Positions 20,713-30,266 of a stretch of DNA of 64,000 nt are shown piece by piece (the first letter of the stretch is position 1; each line of letters opens with the position of its first letter). The DNA lies in the NCBI GenBank assembly GCA_044350515.1, contig JBILHL010000002.1, forward strand, positions 1-64,000. Direction: 5' to 3'. This DNA is from Crocinitomicaceae bacterium. Its GTDB lineage: Bacteria; Bacteroidota; Bacteroidia; Flavobacteriales_D; Crocinitomicaceae. The notes under the pieces were generated by a model. The model searched no databases. It had not been told where the DNA came from and saw nothing but the letters and a program-made list of their open reading frames with translations. A program made the translations under genes and the position numbers.

Positions 20713-21669
20713 CTAATGGATTTGTTGAATAAGTTTCTTAAAGCAAATCGACACATCAACTTCATTAGGGATTGGCCGATAAGCATAGGCGGAAAGTTCT
20801 GTTTGATAAGTGATTTTTAATTGAGCCCAAAGATTATCAAAATCATTTACCAATGGTGAATCAACAATTTGCTTCAACTGCCATCCCGATGGTTCATCGA
20901 ATATTTGACGGTCATGCTCCACTATTTCTTCGAATCGTTTTTTAAAAGATTTGGAGCTAACAAATAAAGCACATTCTGTATTACTCATCAAGTAATAAAG
21001 ATCATAAAAATGTCTGATTTTTTGAGAAACACTATCAATTGGATTTGAATTAAATGAAAATCGAATTAATGAAACTAATTTCTCCAATAAGGTTTGTTCC
21101 ATACTTAATACATTCACCTCAAATGGATTCAAATCGTATTGATGTATATATGTTTCATATCCAGTCTGCACCAAAAAGTCATAAACCATACTTTTTATAG
21201 ATAAACGTTTATAAGGAAATGGATTAGCAAACGAATTGATTTCTACAATCAAGTTATTGCCAGAATTAATCTTATTTATCGATGGATATTCAAAAACAGA
21301 TTTCCTAAATTGTGATCCTTTGCTTGTAATTCCCTTGGTTTTTATTTCATTCAATCCGTGCGTAATTTCTTTTTCAAGGCTTCTAATAATTGTTTTTATT
21401 TTATTTCCAGATGAATTTCCATCATCAATGATTGCTAAATCAACATCCTCAGAAAATCTTTCGATTAAGTTATACCCCTTGGAAAGTGATGTTCCGCCTT
21501 TAAAAACAGAAATGTCGCTGAATTTGCTCCTTGAAAGTTCGCACAATACCTGGGTTATCCAATAGTCTTTTTCAACAAATTCAAGTTTGATGTTTAAATG
21601 TTGTGACGCTGCTCTTATCGTATCTGAAAATAATTTTGGGTCTTGGTGCAGCTTCATACGATGTTCCAT
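20713..21669 (-). CDS. abiEii: AbiEii/AbiGii-family nucleotidyltransferase toxin (DUF1814), type IV TA
   Basis: VFKGGTSLSKGYNLIERFSEDVDLAI matches the GGTaL...RFSEDiDl nucleotidyltransferase motif of AbiEii. Confidence 0.8.
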   Translation of the reverse strand: MEHRMKLHQDPKLFSDTIRAASQHLNIKLEFVEKDYWITQVLCELSRSKFSDISVFKGGTSLSKGYNLIERFSEDVDLAIIDDGNSSGNKIKTIIRSLEKEITHGLNEIKTKGITSKGSQFRKSVFEYPSINKINSGNNLIVEINSFANPFPYKRLSIKSMVYDFLVQTGYETYIHQYDLNPFEVNVLSMEQTLLEKLVSLIRFSFNSNPIDSVSQKIRHFYDLYYLMSNTECALFVSSKSFKKRFEEIVEHDRQIFDEPSGWQLKQIVDSPLVNDFDNLWAQLKITYQTELSAYAYRPIPNEVDVSICFKKLIQQIH

Positions 21670-22376
21670 TTTTCTGCAGTGGACAATACGGAGAAAGCAC
21701 CTGCTAGTTTATATTTTGTAATAGGGTTTAATGTGTTAAATAGCGTTTCTGTTTTCGTTGATTTTATTTCATCTAACATTGCACCTAACAGTGCTCGAGT
21801 GGCAGGAGGATATTTATTTGCCAAACGCATGATTAACAAAAGATCCTTTTCTTTCAATTGTCTCAAAATGGCAATAAATCGAATACAAGAATTTGTTACA
21901 GTTGTATCTGGTATCTTTTTAATATTGCGAATAGCATCCAAAATTTGCAACAATGGAATATTGTCTTTGGTGATATTGTTTTTCTGTTTTATAAAATCAA
22001 TGGTATAGCGATCTCTTTTGAAATTGGGCCGAATCTCATTTTTCCCAATCTGTATGGTGTTACTCACTTGTGTTGTTAATCCCAATTGATTGTAAATGCT
22101 ATAACCTGTAAGGTATCCATTGATTTTCCCTTTCTCTTCCAACAAATCTTTTACAACTTGTTTTTGATTCGGAAGCAAATCTCCAAAGGGTGTAGTTTCT
22201 GGTTTGTAGTATTTACCTTTTGAAAGTTTGGCTATTTTCCCGGATATAACCATTCGATTAAGGGCTTTTATTAGCGCTTGCTTCTGACTCACCTCACTGT
22301 TAAAGTCAACATAGGTGAAAACAAACCCTTTTGGGAATCTATCAATTATATATGCTATGTAATCAGTTGTTTTCAA
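21654..22376 (-). CDS. abiEi: AbiEi-like antitoxin (DUF6088-type transcriptional regulator)
   Basis: 240 aa; N-terminus GFVFTYVDF...ISGKIAKLSKGKYYKP typical of DUF6088 partners of AbiEii; 16-nt overlap with abiEii. Confidence 0.6.
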   Translation of the reverse strand: MKTTDYIAYIIDRFPKGFVFTYVDFNSEVSQKQALIKALNRMVISGKIAKLSKGKYYKPETTPFGDLLPNQKQVVKDLLEEKGKINGYLTGYSIYNQLGLTTQVSNTIQIGKNEIRPNFKRDRYTIDFIKQKNNITKDNIPLLQILDAIRNIKKIPDTTVTNSCIRFIAILRQLKEKDLLLIMRLANKYPPATRALLGAMLDEIKSTKTETLFNTLNPITKYKLAGAFSVLSTAEKWNIV

Positions 22377-22404
22377 TCTATTTTATTAAATACAAATATA
22401 GATA

Positions 22405-22440
22405 AAATGTCCAGTTTTTTACATAATAAACTGGACATTT
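22405..22440. promoter_or_regulatory. perfect 13-bp inverted repeat AAATGTCCAGTTT-N10-AAACTGGACATTT, 29-64 bp upstream of the abiEi start; candidate AbiEi operator
   Basis: Seen directly; AbiEi antitoxins are autorepressors that bind inverted repeats in their own promoter. Confidence 0.4.
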
Positions 22441-22561
22441 ATTTATTTTATAAAACTGAATTGTTCAAACTTTTGGAACAGCTAAAGAACTTAAGTCAGT
22501 AAAGGGAATTAGAAGAATAAAAACAATATTAATCCGCTTGGGGTTCAACCATAAAAAAAGC

Positions 22562-22598
22562 CCCAAACCTATGTGGATTGGAGCTTTTAGCTTAACTT
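22562..22598 (-). terminator. rho-independent terminator of tRNA-Arg (minus-strand RNA AGCUCCAA-loop-UUGGGGCU then UUUUUUU)
   Basis: 8-bp stem with one G-U pair followed by a U7 tract, directly 3' of the tRNA. Confidence 0.55.
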
Positions 22599-22599
22599 G

Positions 22600-22673
22600 T
22601 GACCTTGTTAGGATTCAAACCTAAAACCTCCTGAGCCGTAATCAGGTGCGCTATTCAGTTGCGCCACAAGGCC
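22600..22673 (-). tRNA. tRNA-Arg (anticodon ACG)
   Basis: Hand fold of the reverse complement: acceptor GGCCTTG/CAAGGTC (one G-U), D-stem GCGC, anticodon stem CCTGA/TCAGG with loop TTACGGC, T-arm TTAGG-TTTGAAT-CCTAA; CCA not encoded. Confidence 0.8.
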
Positions 22674-22819
22674 ATTTTCGTTATTTCTAAACCGAAGCTT
22701 AAAAGTTTGCGAGTGCAAAGATAGTTAATTTCGTTTTATCTTTCCAAATGAAAAATTAATTATTTTGTAATAGAATTTAACTAACAGAATATCTGATAAA
22801 TAATTTCAACTTTAATTGA

Positions 22820-23932
22820 TTACAACCCATTCAACCACATCATCGTATCCACATTGTCCGCATAATCCGATAAACTTGGGCATTGAGCTGTTCCCAATGG
22901 TAAATAATCATGACCAACCACGCATTGAAGTGCATCTTTGTGTGTTTCGAGGTACGATTTAATTTCTTCTTGCGTAGAATAAGTGTGATAATGCAACATC
23001 GCCAGTGGTGAAAATAATTGTTCACTTTCTTTTAAAAGCAAGAAATTATTGTCCAAAAAAGACTCCAAGTTCAGTAAATGAATTGTTTTATTGTAGTCGT
23101 AATTATTGCCGTATTTTTTATTGTTAATAACTTCTCCTAAGTCAACAATTGATTCAAAAAAACGATTCAAATCAAAATCTTTCGGAATCAAAAGGTGCGT
23201 AACATTGCGACAACCTCTTCCGAAATAATTCAAAATATCTTCACCCAAAGCTTTTAATTCTGCTTTCGTTTCTGTTCCATCTAATACGGCAATGGAAGTA
23301 CGATTGTGACGAAACAAATGGGGGTATTTAGAAAAATAACTTTCAAAATTCACCAAACTGTTATTACTACCTGTTGCAATCACAGCATCAAAACCGCTTA
23401 AATTCCTATCTGAAAAAGAAATACATGCTTTCAATTCTGGAGCAAACTGCAACAAGTTATTCACTAATAATGGTAATAATTTATTATCCTCAGAACTTTG
23501 TTTGCATTGCACTTTATTACCTGAAAGTAAAACACAAAGAAAATCATGAAATCCAACAAGTGGAATATTGCCTGCCATAATCACCGCCACAACTTTCGGA
23601 TTTCCCGTGAATTCGTACTTACTTGCCCACGCGGTTAATTGTTCTTCTGTAAGCCAATTCCCAAGGTTGAGTAGCGCGTTTCTGACGGAGGCTTCTGTGA
23701 ACCAACCATTGTGATGAACTTGACGTTCAATTACCAATTCTACTGCCAAAAATTCGTCTTCAGTCACACCACAACTAAATCCAGGCCAAGGCAATTTTGA
23801 ACCATGAATTCGCATTAAATTACCCAAATGGTGAAATGCTACAATTACTTCTTCTTTTTTCACAGCACAAAGGTAAGTAGCAAGATTGAACAAGAATGAA
23901 GAATTTTCTCTGAAATGAACAAAACAATCCAC
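22820..23932 (-). CDS. acyl-CoA reductase (LuxC-like) family protein
   Basis: MAGNIPLVGFHDFLCVLLSGNKVQCKQSSED matches the LuxC-like acyl-CoA reductase core; exact start uncertain. Confidence 0.65.
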   Translation of the reverse strand: MDCFVHFRENSSFLFNLATYLCAVKKEEVIVAFHHLGNLMRIHGSKLPWPGFSCGVTEDEFLAVELVIERQVHHNGWFTEASVRNALLNLGNWLTEEQLTAWASKYEFTGNPKVVAVIMAGNIPLVGFHDFLCVLLSGNKVQCKQSSEDNKLLPLLVNNLLQFAPELKACISFSDRNLSGFDAVIATGSNNSLVNFESYFSKYPHLFRHNRTSIAVLDGTETKAELKALGEDILNYFGRGCRNVTHLLIPKDFDLNRFFESIVDLGEVINNKKYGNNYDYNKTIHLLNLESFLDNNFLLLKESEQLFSPLAMLHYHTYSTQEEIKSYLETHKDALQCVVGHDYLPLGTAQCPSLSDYADNVDTMMWLNGL

Positions 23933-23967
23933 TAAGCGTTCTTATATTTGCAAAAAAAAAATAATAG

Positions 23968-24324
<357 letters not shown>

Positions 24325-24340
24325 TTTCTTTTCTTCCCGA

Positions 24341-26611
24341 ATTAAGAAATTACCTCTTTTACTTCTTGTTTTAATTGTTGTAATTGACTCTTTTGCAGGT
24401 GTTGCTCAAAAAGAAGACTCCATTCTTTTTTACCGAAGTAACTACGCGGTCAAAAACGTAAATGTTTATTTCGTTCCTGTCGATGTGAACGTTGACAAAA
24501 GTTTTCAAAAGAACATTGAAAAAGCATTTTTAAAAAGTAATATTTATTTAAACACCTACGTTCTTCCAGTATATCGACGAGAAAAGAATATTGAAACCGA
24601 TTTATGGTCAAATCCACCGGCAGACAGCATGCGTTATTCGCGCGAAATGAAAGGATTTCGTGATGATTACTTCAAAAATTTTCCAAGTAAAGATCCAAAC
24701 GCTATTTACTTTTTTATCATCAAAGGTTTTAACAACGAGAGCCTAAGAGCTTATTCTGTTCCAACGAAAGGAATGATTTTTATTAAAAACAAAAAGGATT
24801 CTACTTTCGTAAAAACTGTTTCTTACCACATTGGTGCTTCTTTCGGTTTGCAACAATCACTCGATTCTACCAATATCATGTTTCCCGAAAAAGGACAAGA
24901 ATTAACTTGGGAACAATGCTTGCAACTCCGAAAAAACCCACTTTCGTTATCTCTTTTCGACGATTATGAATTTGTTCGAACCAACAACGGACTCAATGCT
25001 TATTATTTTTGGAAAGAGGACAAAGATGGATTCATTGAAGTAGATAGTTTAAATCCTGCTAGTCGTATTTTACGACCTTTCAAACGAAATTATTTATTGT
25101 TTTATGTAAAAATCGACAATGTTTTCTTCAATCCTTTATTTAAAATTTACGGAAAAACGTTTTGCTTAATGCACGTTTTAGCTGTTTTTTTAGCTATAAT
25201 TTTAGTATTCATTATTCGGCGTAAAGTCAATAAACGCTTGGTAGAAAAAAAGGGGTTTTTCAAGCGACTATCGCTCCGAAGTTTAAAGTCGATTGCTTGG
25301 ATTTCATCGATTGCATTGGTTTATTCTGCATTTTGGTTGGTCGATTGGTATTATCAAAACAGCGTTTTAAAAACACATCGTTTAAAGGATTTCAAAGGGT
25401 ATTCAATAACTGAACTGTTTGCTAAAATGAACAACAAGGATTTATTTGCAAAAGAATACAACAAAACAGTTTCGAGTTATATTTTCCAACGCCGCAATAA
25501 AGATTGGTACGTTTTTAAACGCGATAAAGTACTTTATTTCGACATTGAAAAAATAGAAGGTTCTTTCAAAGCAAAATTGATAAGTTCAAGTAACCGTTTA
25601 GAATTGACGACCAAAGATTTAGTGCACAGCGCAAAAAGTCATTATTTAGTCTTTAGGCACAAAGACAGCACTGGAACTATCGTCAATGAGCGGGTTTACA
25701 ATCATTTAGGAGTGGATTTAACAAAGCGCTTCAAAATGGCTGATCCTGCTAAAAGAATTTTGGTTTTCGTTAATGGATATCGCCCAGTTTCAATAAGTAA
25801 TTCGCTTGAACAAAACTTGAGCGATATTCAAAATAAAGGTACGGAGTATCCAAACTCTAAAAATTACCTGTACAGCTATGATCGCTATAACTACTGGCGA
25901 CCTTGGAATGCAATCGACTTATTGTTTCAAAATCGCATCAACCCTGGAGAAGTTTGGTATGCAGATGGTCATCATTCCGTTTCAACGTCCAATCATGGCT
26001 CCTTGGTAAATTTTACTAGTTCATCTGGAATTTACCCAAAACCTTGTAAATCAAAGAAAAAACACAAGTGCTACCAAACTACAATCGCTGGAAATAAGAA
26101 AGTTAGAACCTTGGATTTATTGGCTACAAATCCGAATAGTGATGGTTTTAAATTACGAAAAGAAAGAGGTAGAATTGCGGGTAAAAACTTAAATCAAATT
26201 CTGAATGAATTGCCCAATCAATCCAAAAATGACACCTTATATATCGTTTCGCACAGTATGGGTTATGCCTATTCTCTTGGGATTATTGAGATACTTCGTG
26301 GGAAAATCCAATTTGGTGCGTGCTACATTCTTGCACCTGAAAATGCATCTTCTGGTAAAATCGTACAAAGCGAATGGCGCGAAGTTTGGCAATATGGTGT
26401 AAAACTTTCTGGTGCAGGAAAAAATAAACCTTGTCAGCAAGATGGCGTTGCACCACAAGTGAGCGTAAAAGGTTTAAGCAAAAACAACCGTGTCTATTTT
26501 CCGAAAAGTCAAGAACATAAAATGGGTTATTTCCAAAGTCATTTTGTTGGTTATTACACCTGGATTTTAGACATTCCAAAAGGCGAAAAGGGACACGTTC
26601 AAGGACGATGA
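24341..26611 (+). CDS. large membrane-anchored alpha/beta-hydrolase (lipase/esterase-like), start codon uncertain
   Basis: ORF 24176..26611 overlaps the ferredoxin gene in another frame, and there is no in-frame ATG after the ferredoxin stop until aa ~155. The signal-like KKLPLLLLVLIVVIDSFAG begins at ATT 24341. Two internal TM helices. C-terminal nucleophile elbow YIVSHSMGYAYSLG. Confidence 0.5.
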   Translation: MKKLPLLLLVLIVVIDSFAGVAQKEDSILFYRSNYAVKNVNVYFVPVDVNVDKSFQKNIEKAFLKSNIYLNTYVLPVYRREKNIETDLWSNPPADSMRYSREMKGFRDDYFKNFPSKDPNAIYFFIIKGFNNESLRAYSVPTKGMIFIKNKKDSTFVKTVSYHIGASFGLQQSLDSTNIMFPEKGQELTWEQCLQLRKNPLSLSLFDDYEFVRTNNGLNAYYFWKEDKDGFIEVDSLNPASRILRPFKRNYLLFYVKIDNVFFNPLFKIYGKTFCLMHVLAVFLAIILVFIIRRKVNKRLVEKKGFFKRLSLRSLKSIAWISSIALVYSAFWLVDWYYQNSVLKTHRLKDFKGYSITELFAKMNNKDLFAKEYNKTVSSYIFQRRNKDWYVFKRDKVLYFDIEKIEGSFKAKLISSSNRLELTTKDLVHSAKSHYLVFRHKDSTGTIVNERVYNHLGVDLTKRFKMADPAKRILVFVNGYRPVSISNSLEQNLSDIQNKGTEYPNSKNYLYSYDRYNYWRPWNAIDLLFQNRINPGEVWYADGHHSVSTSNHGSLVNFTSSSGIYPKPCKSKKKHKCYQTTIAGNKKVRTLDLLATNPNSDGFKLRKERGRIAGKNLNQILNELPNQSKNDTLYIVSHSMGYAYSLGIIEILRGKIQFGACYILAPENASSGKIVQSEWREVWQYGVKLSGAGKNKPCQQDGVAPQVSVKGLSKNNRVYFPKSQEHKMGYFQSHFVGYYTWILDIPKGEKGHVQGR

Positions 26612-26650
26612 ATTGTAATTGTTTTTGCTAAACTTCAAAAAGTTAAGCAT

Positions 26651-26687
26651 AAAAAAAAAACGGGTCATTACAACCCGTTTCTCTTTT
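26651..26687. terminator. bidirectional rho-independent terminator (A-run, AAACGGGT-cattaca-ACCCGTTT, then ctcTTTT) between convergent hydrolase and cphA genes
   Basis: 8-bp perfect GC-containing stem with flanking A and T runs. Confidence 0.55.
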
Positions 26688-26705
26688 ATTATTTAATTGA
26701 AAAAT

Positions 26706-29333
26706 TTAAGCAATTACTCCTTGTTCGATTTCAGAATCTAAATACGATTGAACGATGTCAATTGCATTGTCGATTACATCACTCAAAGCAACGATAAACG
26801 TTCCATCTTGTGCCAAAGAAATAGCGTGGCGAATTGCTTCCGTTTCTAAAGTCACTACTTCATAAGTTGTTTCTTTGTCAGCACTTGCAATTCCTTCCAA
26901 AATCAATCCGATGATTTCTTGCTCTGTTCTTCCACGTAAATGCTTTTCTTGGCGAATTACAATGTGGTCAAACATATTTCCAGCGATGCGAGCGCACTCT
27001 CGGATGTCTTCGTCGCGTCTATCCCCTACTCCTGAAATGATTCCAATTTTGCGTGTCGCATCCACTGATTTCAAGAAGTCTTCGATTCCTCGGTAACCAT
27101 TTGGATTGTGTGCAAAGTCAATCATTACTTTGAATTTCGAGAACTCAAAAATGTTCATTCTTCCAGGCGTTTGAGCTGCTCCTGGAAGGAACGTTGCCAA
27201 TGAAAGTTTAATATCTTCCGTTTTGAATCCATACAAATAAGAAGCTAAAGTTGCTGCCAATACATTCGCAATCATGAATTTCGCTTTTCCGTTCATTGTC
27301 AGCGGAATATGTGTTGCACGTTCCACTCGGAATTTCCAATCGCCTTTTTTGATTGTTATAAATCCATTCTCATAGATTGCTGCAATTCCACCAGCTTTAC
27401 AATGTTCCACAATCGCTGGAGCATTTTCGTCAAGACTAAATAAAGCAACATTGCAACGTAAGTTCTTAGCGATTTCTAAACAGTTTTCATCTTCGCCATT
27501 CAATACTGCCCAACCATCTTTCTTAACACTATCCACAACAACAGATTTCACACGTGATAAATCTTTCAAATCGTGAATGTCGCTGATTCCTAAATGGTCT
27601 TCTTGAATGTTGGTAATTACACCAATATCACAGCGACTGAAACCTAATCCAGAGCGTAAAATTCCACCGCGAGCAGTTTCCAGAACCGCAAATTCAACAT
27701 TCGGATCTTTCAAAATATATTCAGCACTCAAAGGTCCAGTTGTGTCACCTTTTTCCATCATGTGATTTTGGATGTAAATACCATCTGAAGTAGTAAATCC
27801 AACTCGGAAACCATTGTTTTTAACGATGTGTGAGATTAAACGAGTCGTTGTTGTTTTCCCATTTGTTCCAGTAATCGCAATGATTGGAATACGTGATGCT
27901 TTACCTGGAGGATACAACATATCAATTACAGGAGCAGCAACGTTTCTTGGCAATCCTTCAGAAGGCGCTAAGTGCATACGGAACCCTGGTGCAGCATTTA
28001 CTTCTAAAATAACTCCACCATTTTCTTTCAAGGATTGCGTAAGATTTGGAGCCATGATGTCGATACCGCAAACGTCTAATCCAATTACGCGCGAAATACG
28101 TTCTGCCATGAAAATATTTTCGGGATGCATCAAGTCAGTTACGTCGATGGAAGTTCCACCTGTACTCAAATTAGCTGTTGATTTCAAGTAAACGATTTCT
28201 CCTTCAGTAGGAACACTGTCAACCGTATAATTTAATTTTTCAAGTAATTCTAAGGTGTCGCGGTCCACATCGATTTCTGTCAAAACATTTTCGTGACCGT
28301 AACCTCTGCGCGGATCTTTATTTGTTTCTTCAATTAAAAATTGAATCGAATCTTTTCCATTTCCAACTACGTGAGCAGGAACACGCTGAGCAGCAGCAAT
28401 CACTTTATTGTCAATGACTAACACTCGGAAATCGTATCCAGTAATGAATTTTTCAACAATTATTCGACGCGAATATTTTTTTGCATATTCTAAACCTGCA
28501 ACCGCATCTTCCCAATTGGTAACATTGATTGAAGCTCCTTTTCCATGATTTCCGTCCAAGGGTTTCAAAACGATTGGATAACCGATGGATTTGATTGTTG
28601 CTTCTAAATCTTCTTCATCCACAACGATGTCACCTTTTGCAACAGGAATTGATGAAGCATCAAGCATTTTTTTCGTTTGCTCTTTGTTACAAGCAATGTC
28701 AACAGCAATATTTGAAGTTTTGCAAGTAATAGTAGCTTGAAAACGCATTTGGTTGATTCCATAACCCAATTGAATCAAGGAATTTGTTCCTAAGCGAATC
28801 CAAGGGATATCTCGCGCTACAGCTTCGTCAACAATACTTCCTGTACTTGGTCCAAGTCGTACTTTTTCACGAATTTCTCGCATTTTTTGAATATCTGCTT
28901 GTAAATCATAATTCCTTCCAGCGATTAAAGCCTCAACGATATTTACAGCAGATTCAGCGGCAAACAAACCAACTTTTTCTTCAATATAATTGAAAACGAC
29001 ATTATAAACACCAGGTGTTTTCGTTTCACGTGTGCGACCAAAACCAACGTCCATTCCCGCGAGTGTTTGGATTTCTAATGCAACGTGTTCGATGACATGC
29101 CCCATCCAAGTACCACGATCGATACGTTGGAAGAAACCACCTTTGCAACCTTCCGAACAACGGTGGTCAATTAAAGTTGGGAGCAGTGCTTCGATACGTT
29201 CTCTAAATCCTGGTATTAAGTTCGTTGGACGCTCTTCCATTTCCTCTAAATCAAGACGCATTTGGATTAACTTTTTGCGCGTGATGCTCCAAATATTTGG
29301 TCCGCGAAGGGCTTGAATTTTTAATATCTTCAT
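26706..29333 (-). CDS. cphA: cyanophycin synthetase
   Basis: 875 aa; MKILKIQALRGPNIWS...HVIEHVALEIQ N-domain, ATP-grasp middle and Mur-ligase-like C-terminus (TGTNGKTTT). Confidence 0.9.
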   Translation of the reverse strand: MKILKIQALRGPNIWSITRKKLIQMRLDLEEMEERPTNLIPGFRERIEALLPTLIDHRCSEGCKGGFFQRIDRGTWMGHVIEHVALEIQTLAGMDVGFGRTRETKTPGVYNVVFNYIEEKVGLFAAESAVNIVEALIAGRNYDLQADIQKMREIREKVRLGPSTGSIVDEAVARDIPWIRLGTNSLIQLGYGINQMRFQATITCKTSNIAVDIACNKEQTKKMLDASSIPVAKGDIVVDEEDLEATIKSIGYPIVLKPLDGNHGKGASINVTNWEDAVAGLEYAKKYSRRIIVEKFITGYDFRVLVIDNKVIAAAQRVPAHVVGNGKDSIQFLIEETNKDPRRGYGHENVLTEIDVDRDTLELLEKLNYTVDSVPTEGEIVYLKSTANLSTGGTSIDVTDLMHPENIFMAERISRVIGLDVCGIDIMAPNLTQSLKENGGVILEVNAAPGFRMHLAPSEGLPRNVAAPVIDMLYPPGKASRIPIIAITGTNGKTTTTRLISHIVKNNGFRVGFTTSDGIYIQNHMMEKGDTTGPLSAEYILKDPNVEFAVLETARGGILRSGLGFSRCDIGVITNIQEDHLGISDIHDLKDLSRVKSVVVDSVKKDGWAVLNGEDENCLEIAKNLRCNVALFSLDENAPAIVEHCKAGGIAAIYENGFITIKKGDWKFRVERATHIPLTMNGKAKFMIANVLAATLASYLYGFKTEDIKLSLATFLPGAAQTPGRMNIFEFSKFKVMIDFAHNPNGYRGIEDFLKSVDATRKIGIISGVGDRRDEDIRECARIAGNMFDHIVIRQEKHLRGRTEQEIIGLILEGIASADKETTYEVVTLETEAIRHAISLAQDGTFIVALSDVIDNAIDIVQSYLDSEIEQGVIA

Positions 29334-29485
29334 GAGTTTCTGAATTGAAATTTTAGTTTAGAGCCTTGAAGGTAAAAAAAAGAATTAAAATTTGAAATTT
29401 TCAAGCACTTTTCTGCTCAAGAATTAAAAAAAAGAAAATGAATACGTCAATTATATATTAAAGTTTTTGAAACCCAATCGACATT

Positions 29486-30046
29486 TTAATCATTAGAAAG
29501 TAGTTTACATCTCTCCATTTGAATACTTTCAAGCATTTCTTCCGTCGATAAATGTTCAAAATCAGATTTTAATATCGAGCGCTTTTCCTTGGATAACTTC
29601 TTGATTACCATGCCTTCTGCAAAACGTCTAATTTGTTCGTCATTCTCTAAAATTATTCCAGGAGCTTCCACTAACTGACCTTGTTCATTTTTTGATGCCA
29701 TGGTGAAGTAACAGGAGTTTGTATGTTTCACCACACCTGTTTTCGGATTCAAAGCTTCGATACGCATTCCAACAATTAAAGATGTTTTTCCAACATAATT
29801 TACTGAAGCTTTAAGCGAAACCAACTCTCCTACTTCCACAGGGTTTAAAAATTCGACGCCTTCCACAGCGACAGTTACTGCATAATTTCCACAATGTTTA
29901 ACCGCAGTTACGTATGCCACTTTATCCATCAGTGATAATAAAATTCCACCATGGACTTTACCCCCAAAATTGGAGTAACTAGGAATCATAAGTTCAGTTA
30001 GAATTGTTTCGGAATCAGAAACTTTTTTGAAAGACGTTTGCATTTT
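29486..30046 (-). CDS. acyl-CoA thioesterase (hotdog fold, YciA-like)
   Basis: FGGKVHGGILLSLMDKVAYV motif; start taken at MQTSF inside ORF 29486..30106. Confidence 0.7.
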   Translation of the reverse strand, partial: KMQTSFKKVSDSETILTELMIPSYSNFGGKVHGGILLSLMDKVAYVTAVKHCGNYAVTVAVEGVEFLNPVEVGELVSLKASVNYVGKTSLIVGMRIEALNPKTGVVKHTNSCYFTMASKNEQGQLVEAPGIILENDEQIRRFAEGMVIKKLSKEKRSILKSDFEHLSTEEMLESIQMERCKLLSND

Positions 30047-30266
30047 ATAGTTGAATTTATTCTCGAAAGTAATAAATATTGTGTGAGCATTTTTACCATC
30101 CAACAAATTTCAAACTATTACACAAATAATCTTCAGTCGTTGAAGATGCAAATTTTCATTTTAAAAATAACTAATAATTAATAGTGAACAAGTCTAACAA
30201 CTTTCTCAAACTGAATTTTTTAATTCCATTAGTTGGCAAAACCGAATTTAAAAGGTTTAATCTAAA

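Noticed and set aside
22278-22502. 74-aa plus-strand ORF upstream of abiEi
   Set aside because: It overlaps the promoter palindrome, has AT-rich low-complexity composition and no motif; likely non-coding.
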